Source: Octopus bimaculoides
Taxonomy: Eukaryota
Direction of reading: 5' to 3'
DNA: 35,190 nt
Assembly: GCF_001194135.2 (NCBI RefSeq)
Contig: NC_068984.1
Coordinates: 132,213,732 to 132,248,921 of the forward strand
A model generated the notes under the pieces. The model was not told where the DNA came from. It searched no databases and worked only from the letters and a program-made list of their open reading frames with translations. Within the stretch, counting starts at the first letter, position 1, and every line of letters starts with the position of its first letter. Of this stretch, positions 24,150-32,342 are shown piece after piece. The translations under genes and the position numbers were made by a program.

Positions 24150-27100
24150 TGTGTGTGTGTTTGTCCCCCCAACATCGCTTGACAACCGATGCTGGTGTGT
24201 TTACATCCAGGTAACTTAGCGGTTGAGCAAAAGAGACTGATAGAATAAGTACTAGGCTTACAAAGAATAAGTCCTGGGGTTGATTTGCTTGACTAAAGGC
24301 GGTGCTCCAGCATGGCCACAGTCAAATGACTGAAACAAGTAAAAGAGTAAAAGAGTATATATATTTTTGTAACCATTATTTTGCAGTATAATCACGAATA
24401 CTATACTTAACTTAGAAATTGGTACATAAATATAAATGACTTGTAACTCCTGAAATATGGAATATACAGCTATTACCTATTTTTTCATATATGTTTATTA
24501 CCCAAGTCTTGTGAAATTCAGCGGACAGAAACTGTGAAGAAGCCTGTCAGATGGACTGAACTGGCAATTCAACAGTCCAGTCTAGATAGAAATCATGAAA
24601 CTCGCATTAAGGAAACACATGTGTTTGGAATTTTCAGCCACTTATATTCAGTTGGTCAAACAAGTGAATGTTTATTACTGAAACTGGTGGCAGATCCATC
24701 ATGGCTGAATGGAAGACTAGTTACTCATGGGTGAGATAAGTTTGGTCATAGATCTACTGGATAACTATTGATTTGTGGGCAAAACAAAACAAACCACTAC
24801 ATGGCGACTTGACCTCATAGAAACAGCAGCCAAATGTTCCTCGAACAACATCATACTACCTTTTAAAATGCAAGGATATATATTGGATAAAGCAGTATGA
24901 AATACCCTAAGTCTAAATAAAGGGTGGTTGATCATGGCTGGAATGTCTTTGAACATAGCTCTGTTGGATCAGGACTTACCTGGGGCTAAACAGCAACATA
25001 TATTTATCTAGTAAAAGGGAAGAGAAATCCTATATTGAAGATGAAGAACTTACAGACTCAAGTGATTCATCATCTCTCAGGGGCTTCAACATGGTTGTTT
25101 GACCTAGTAGAAATAACAGCCAAATCTCCCTCAGATTAAATTTAATATATTCCCTATATAAACTATTTCTAACAAGATGGTCACAACTGGAATACCTTTG
25201 ATAACAGGTCTGCTTAATTAGGGCTGACCAGGGTTTAAATGACAGGGTCACAAGTTAAAGGCTTTTTTAGAATGATTCAACCAATGCTTACTTCCAACTT
25301 TGAGCTTGTAGGAGTTTCTCTACAAATATGAATATTCCATGGACTTTATTGTGCTGATCCTGAATATTGGGTATCTGGTGCAAGAGCATGATGATTTTAT
25401 TGTGCCTTTGAGATGGTGCAGTTACTGCAACCATTGCACTAGCAGCAAGCTCTCGCATCTGATAGACTCGGCTCTCAATAAGTGGCTCAATCAGCATGCT
25501 GAACTGGTCACATAGGCTGGAACAAAAAATAGGAGATGGATTAACAGAAATGCTGATCAGGAAATGAACTAAGAACATAACGAGACAATGTCATTCTAAA
25601 AATAAACAATCATGTTAGTGAAATCTTGTAATTCAAAAAAACCTATCCTACAACCAAAGTGCCACACAAAAGAGAACACTGGTGTTGGTGCTGGTGCCAT
25701 GTAAAAAGCACTGGTGCTGGTGCCACATAAAAAGTACTGGTGATGGTGCCACATATAAAGCAATGGTGCTGGTGCCACATAAAAACACTGGTGATAGTGC
25801 TAATGTAAAAAGCACCCAGTACACTCTGTAAAGTGGTTGACATTAGGAAGGGCATCCGTCTGTAGAAATCAAGCCAAAACAGACTATGGATGCTGGTGTG
25901 GCCCTTGGCTTTGCCAGTTCCTGCCAAGCCATCTAACTCATGCCAGTATGGAAAATGGATATTCAATGTCAGTAAATATGCATTATAGGCGCAGGAGTGG
26001 CTGTGTGGTAAGTAGCTTGCTTACCAACCACATGGTTCCGGGTTCAGTCTCACTGTGTGGCACCTTGGGCAAGTGTCTTCTACTATAGCCTCGGGCCGAC
26101 CAAAGCTTTGTGAGTGGATTTGGTAGACGGAAACTGAAAGAAGCTCGTCGTATATATTTATATATATGTATATTTATGTATGTGTGTGTGTGCATATGTT
26201 TGTGTGCCTGTATTTGTCCCCCCAACATCGCTTGACAACCGATGCTGGTGTGTTTACGTCCCCGTAACTTAGCGGTTTGGCAAAAGAGACCGATAGAATA
26301 AGTACTAGGCTTCGAAAAGAATAAGTCCTGGGGTCGATTTGCTCGACTAAAGGCGGTGCTCCAGCATGGCCACAGTCAAATGACTGAAAAGAGTAAAAGA
26401 GTAAAGAGTATATTTGATAGAATAATCTGAATGCTAAAAAGTTAAATGTAACTCGTCCTTTAACCCCCAGAAAGTAAGTTCTAATTTGCAACTTACTTCA
26501 CAGTGTCATCCTTGATCTTTTCACTGGCCCCTACATTGGAGAGGAGCGTCAAAACAGGAAACAAAGATGGCTGAATATGGATGGTTTTCTGAACATTCTT
26601 TGACTGAGACAATTTTGACAGAAGGAATGGCAGAAGATCTGGGAAGTGAACAGCCAATTCTTCAAGTGACATTGTATTTAAGACACATCCATCTTTAATT
26701 TTTTTCTGACCAAACATTCTCGTCATTAACGTACCTGGAAACAAGAGAGAAAAGCATCATTAGAATCTTTGTGAAACATTCAATTAACAAATGAGATGCA
26801 ATCATAAGGAAACTGTTGTATTCCTCTCGGGGGACTCGCAGAGAAAACACAACGAGTTGTACAACTTAGTTATCACATTTATTTGTTTATTAACTATAAA
26901 CAAAGAACTCACTCACCTAATGTTAATTATCAAGAAACAAGAATGTCTTCCTCACCATATATATCCCAATAACATTCAACCTCGACAGTCACACAAAACA
27001 ACAACGAAACAGGGACCTCAGACGAACTATATTGAAATATGGGACTTCAGACGAACAACAAACAAATCTAACAGTCCATATAACAGAAACAAATTTTGAC

Positions 27101-30100
27101 AAATAGTCAGATTCTTAAAGCTTAATTAGTAGAGATTTTCTAGTATGAAGGGTCCTTCATTTTTTTAGGAAAAAAAAAGAACACATTGGCAATAATATAT
27201 ACTCATAAAACTTTAACTGACATGGGAAAAAAATCAAATTTGATAATGATGATGACAGTAATGATGTTGATGATGTTATTGATGATGATGATGACGACGA
27301 CAATGATGACATCAATTCTTTCTCTCTGTATGTCTGTCTCAGTGTTTGTCTCTTTCTCTCTCTTGTTCTTAGAACTGGTTATGTTGCACTATAAGAAGGG
27401 CTGTGGATGGCCATTCACAATATCCCTTTCTCCAGAAAAGAAGAAGAGTTGGGGCAAGGAGCCAGCAAACCCCTTTTCTTAGGAAACTGATATGCTACTA
27501 GAATCATCCAAGGACCAAACTAATGTGCAGTATGGGACCGAAATAAAGCAGGAAGGTGTAAAGGCTGGGTGATTAGCAAACAACAATGGCAGCTGAAGTG
27601 TTAGACATGAAAACTGGCACTCCATCGGTTATGACGACAAGGGTTCCAGTATACAAGTGGTTGAGTGCTCCACAGACACACATGCCCTTAAAGTAGTTCT
27701 CGGGGAGATTCAGTGTGACACAGAATGTGACAAGGCTGGCCCTTTGAAATGCAGGTCATCATCATCATCGTTTAACGTCCATTTTCTATGCTGGCATGGG
27801 TTGGATGGTCCGACTGGGGACTGGCAAGCCAGGAGGTTGCATCAGGCTCCAATCTGATCTGGCAAGGTTTCTACAGCTAGATGCCCTTCCTAATGCCAAC
27901 CACTCCAAGAGTGTAGTGGGTGCTTTTTTACATGCCACCTTGCCAACTGAGTAGCCTGGAGCAAAGCAAAATAATGTGTCTTGTCCAAGGACACAACATG
28001 CTACTGGGAATTGAACTCATGACCTTATGATCATGAGCTGAATAACCTAACCACAAAGCCATGCATAAAAAAAAAAACATCAGTAAGGTCAATAGGCAAG
28101 AAGTGTAAGAATAAATCAAAGCAATGTAGGTCATCAGTCAAACACGAAGCAAATCATCCCAGTCATTAAAACACAGTGGATTGATAAATGCTCCAGCTGA
28201 AGCCCCTACTAAGCAAAAATCCTTAAGTCAAGATGCCTCTTCACCAGAAGAGACAATGGCAACTGCAAACGAGAAGACCAGTAAGAAAACTTTTGAAGAG
28301 AAAGGTTTATAAAATGTTGAGGGGTAAATACTAGTCGGTTGATCCAGTGGCTTCACATCAATGAAAGGGGCCAGTCTGCTGTAGAGCCAGTAATATGAAG
28401 GTCCTAAAACAGTGTGCATTCACTCCTGATGAACCCAGAAACCTACTGGTATCTATTATTTACTTTTACTTTTATGTGTTTCGGTCATTAGACTGTGGTC
28501 ATGCTGGGGCACAGCCTTGAAGAATCTTAGTTGAATGAATTGGCCCCAGTACTTTTTTTTTAAACCTGGTACTTAATCTATCAGGCTCTTTCGCTGAACC
28601 ACTAAGTTACAGAGATGTAAACACACTAGCACCAGTTGTCAAGCAGTGGTGGGGAACAAACACAGACACAAAGACACACACAAACACATACACACACACA
28701 CACATACACACACACAAATGACTGATTGGCTTGAGGCTATACTAGAAGACACTAGCCCAAGGTGCCACAGTGGGACTGAACCTGAGGCCAAGTGGTTGGG
28801 AAGCCAGATTCTTACCACACACTAACATGGAACTTTCAATTGGCAGCACTTGCGCAAACAAGCTGTCTGCAAATACACAGGGAATTTAGTAACAGAACTG
28901 AAACAAACAGATGAAGCCACTTACTGAACAACTGAGTTGAAGCATTCCGTATGGCCCAGGAAGGGGATTCAAAACCAGCAATGACCAACTTGACAGCTTC
29001 ACTGATGTGTGCAAGAAGTCCAGTGTTAAGGTTATTGTCTCCAAACAGAACTTTGAGGATGTTCAAAGCATGAACCTGGTTCAGGTCCCGCTTCTCACAT
29101 GTTGATGCAACTGGCACTGGCTGAGATGCTGTGGCAAACAGAGACTTCATAGAGTATGTCATGAGGTGTCCCTGCAAGAAAGGAATGGCAAATACTGATG
29201 TTTGAGGAGAACTGAGTAGATAAGAAAAATTGTAGAGGAAATAGAAACAAAGATACTCTCATACAACACAATGTTTCTTATAGGGGTAATTATGAGGATT
29301 TAAAAGAGGGCAAACAAATTTCTATGTTTAATACAAAATATTCTTCCATTTGACTCAACATATTTGTATGAAAAGGTATTTCTGCTTTAGAATATATAAA
29401 AATGAAATACATAAAGTTGTCTGAAAATGGAAAGTGGTCCATACCTTGACTTGACAAACGCACACCCCAGAATCAATGATCTTTATTTTTTTATCTTTCA
29501 CTTGTTTCAGTCTCTGGACTGTGCCCCTGCTGGGACACTACCCTGGTTTAGCTGAACAAACCAACCCTAGTACTTATTTTAAGTCTGGTAATTATTTTAT
29601 TGGTCTATTTTGCTGAATTGCTAGGTTATAGGGATGTAAACAAACCAACAGCNNNNNNNNNNNNNNNNNNNNNNNNNNNNNNNNNNNNNNNNNNNNNNNN
29701 NNNNNNNNNNNNNNNNNNNNNNNNNNNNNNNNNNNNNNNNNNNNNNNNNNNNNNNNNNNNNNNNNNNNNNNNNNNCCCACAATGCATTGGTAGGCCGGGG
29801 GTGGGGGACTATGGTAGAAAATACTTTCCCAAGGTACCATGCAGTTGAAACTGAACCCCAAACCATGTGGTTGCAAAATGAGCTTCTTAACCACACACCC
29901 ATGCCTGCACCGTGTCAATAAATATAACTAATGTTATTATAGGCTTTATTACTGTATGCATTTTACTTTCAGTTAAATAATATGTATTGTACATACAGTT
30001 TTGTAAACTTGTCTGAAGAAAGAATTATATGGATGCAAACTGTATTTTGTCAGTTTATAATAATAAATGCAAAATTTTGTCTGCCCATCTGTCCAGAACC

Positions 30101-32295
30101 CTTCTACTTCAGTCTACGTTTGCTCTACATGGACATATTATACCTTTTTGGAATCAGGATGATCCCAGGATTGAAAATCTGCCCTTCAGTTGGTACTTGA
30201 ACATCCAGCATTGGGATCAGGTCTGGATGAGGATTTATTATATTCTGACAGTTGAAAATTCAAATTTTAAAAATCTCCAAAAATTTGTGAACTTACAAGA
30301 CTGTCATTTAAACTGAATTTAAAGTAATACCATATTGTTAGGAGACCGAAAAATGCTTTATTATTATTGCTCTCTTTAGTTTTGGGATGCAGGTTCAATT
30401 AGCCCTCTACATGACCTAGCTGAAAAGTCCATACAGAGTGCAGCTTTTAAGCTAGCTACTAATAAAGCAGAAGTGTAACATATAAATAAACATAAGTATC
30501 ACTGATATTTTGTTGGGGGTCTGGTATTTGTCAGTTTGAGAACTACTACACTAGTAAAGCACATTGAATGGGGAAACAGTTAGCTTCTTCAGACAAGCAG
30601 GGACCACTAATGCAGGTGTGTTACTTTAGAGAAATTTGATAAAGTGAAATAAATGACAGGAAAAATCTTACATTTTTAGTTTTCCTTTCACTAATGCAGA
30701 TACACTGAACAATGATGGGGAGGCCTGCTGACCGACGGGTTATCGATACATCCAGTTCACCACTGTTTAAACTCTTTAGGATCTAGAAAAAGAAATGTAA
30801 AATTATAGAAAGAGATAGGTATGCTTATATGTGGAAATATGTGTACAAAGAGACAGAAGAGAAGGGAGAGAAAAAAGAACAAAGTTTGTGTGAATCTGAG
30901 AGGAGTGAGTGAGAGAAAGAGAGAGAGAGAGAGAGGAGCAGACAAAAAGACAGAACACAGTTAATAATTGTATTAAAAGAATAGTTCCTCACAAGATGTC
31001 CTGATTTTAAGTTAAACTAAACTTTCATATGTCAGAATTTATGACTTATTCAATGTTATTCTTTTAACCCTTTTGTTACTGTATTTATTTTGAGATGCTC
31101 TGTGTTTCTTTCAGTTAATTTTAAATATAACAAAGAATTTAGTAAAATATCTTAGTTACCATTAAGCTGGTGTTAAGAACAAGAATTGTGACTAAGGTTT
31201 GGTGGAAGATTTTAATTCAAGCACTTATGAAAACAAGACATTTGTACTACAGAGCCAGAGGCGGTTTCAGCAGGGTTGGTATCAAAAGGGTTAGTCAATA
31301 TATCATCGGATATCAGTATTACTATGGTAACTATTTCATGATATCATCAACCACCATTACAGAGAGAAAGAGAGAGAGAATGAGAGAAACATAAAACTGT
31401 CTGATGTCAAAAAAGTCAGCATTGAATCAGGAATGCCAAATAGGCAGGACCAAAACAGCTGTGACAAAATGTTGTGACCCTTCCAATATTATTCCAATCA
31501 CTAAAGTTCAAACTGATCATAACTCTGTTAATCATGACAGCTTGACTACAGGGATCTTAGGTACTAACTCTTCCTTGGGCTAAAATGTTAAAACAAATAC
31601 ACTGACATCTTCTACCATCACATGATCATACGACCACTTCTACTTCATTAGTAAGTATTATATAGACCATCCAACAACATGAAACTGTCTTAATTTACTA
31701 AAACCATCCTATCTATGCAAACATAATTAAATGAAAATATTGTTAAGTCAAGTGAAATCATAGCCGTGACTGATGCCATTGCTGCCTGACTGGCACCTGT
31801 GTCGGTGGCACATAAAAAGCACCATTCAAGCATGGTCAATGCCAAAGTTGCCTGACTGGCACCCATGCAGGTGGCACATAAAAAGCACCCACTACACTCT
31901 CGGAGTGGTTGTCAGGGAGATTCAGAGCGAAGGGCATCCAACTGTAGAAACCTTGCCAGATCAGATTGGAGCCTGGTGCAGCCTCCTGGCTTGCCAGTCC
32001 TCAGTCAAACTGTCCATCCCACACCAGCATGGAAAATGGACGTTAAATGATGATGATGATGACAAAAATGAAAGTAAAATGAAATAAAAGAATGAGAACT
32101 CACTTGGACCAGAACTTTTTCAGGAATAGAACTGGCACTGTGTTTAGTAGAAAGCAATGTCATACAGAAATCTATAAAACCTGAACGGCAGTTCTCAATG
32201 GCACCCTGCAATAGAAAGCAATGTATTCAGATTTAACCATGATATAAAGGTGTTTTTAAATGATATTGGGATTGTGGTGCATGTGTGTGTATGTG

Positions 32296-32342
<47 letters not shown>

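Noticed and set aside
25587-26445. Possible TTAA-ended MITE split by nested RTE-like and SINE insertions
   Set aside because: Only short end fragments remain and no intact copy is in the window; the link rests on memory alone.
28228-28419. 63-aa minus ORF as an extra THADA exon
   Set aside because: w6 and w7 already join in phase (LF-S-TLMTRMFG) with no gap in homology.
28421-28455. Hammerhead-like CTGATGA(28426-32)-ACCCA-GAAA-CCtactGGT-A
   Set aside because: A 3-bp stem III and GUA triplet are possible, but stem II cannot form and no stem I partner for CACTC follows; at best a decayed relic.
29982-30316. Two plus-strand ORFs (72 and 95 aa)
   Set aside because: Intronic, no recognisable homology or splice support.
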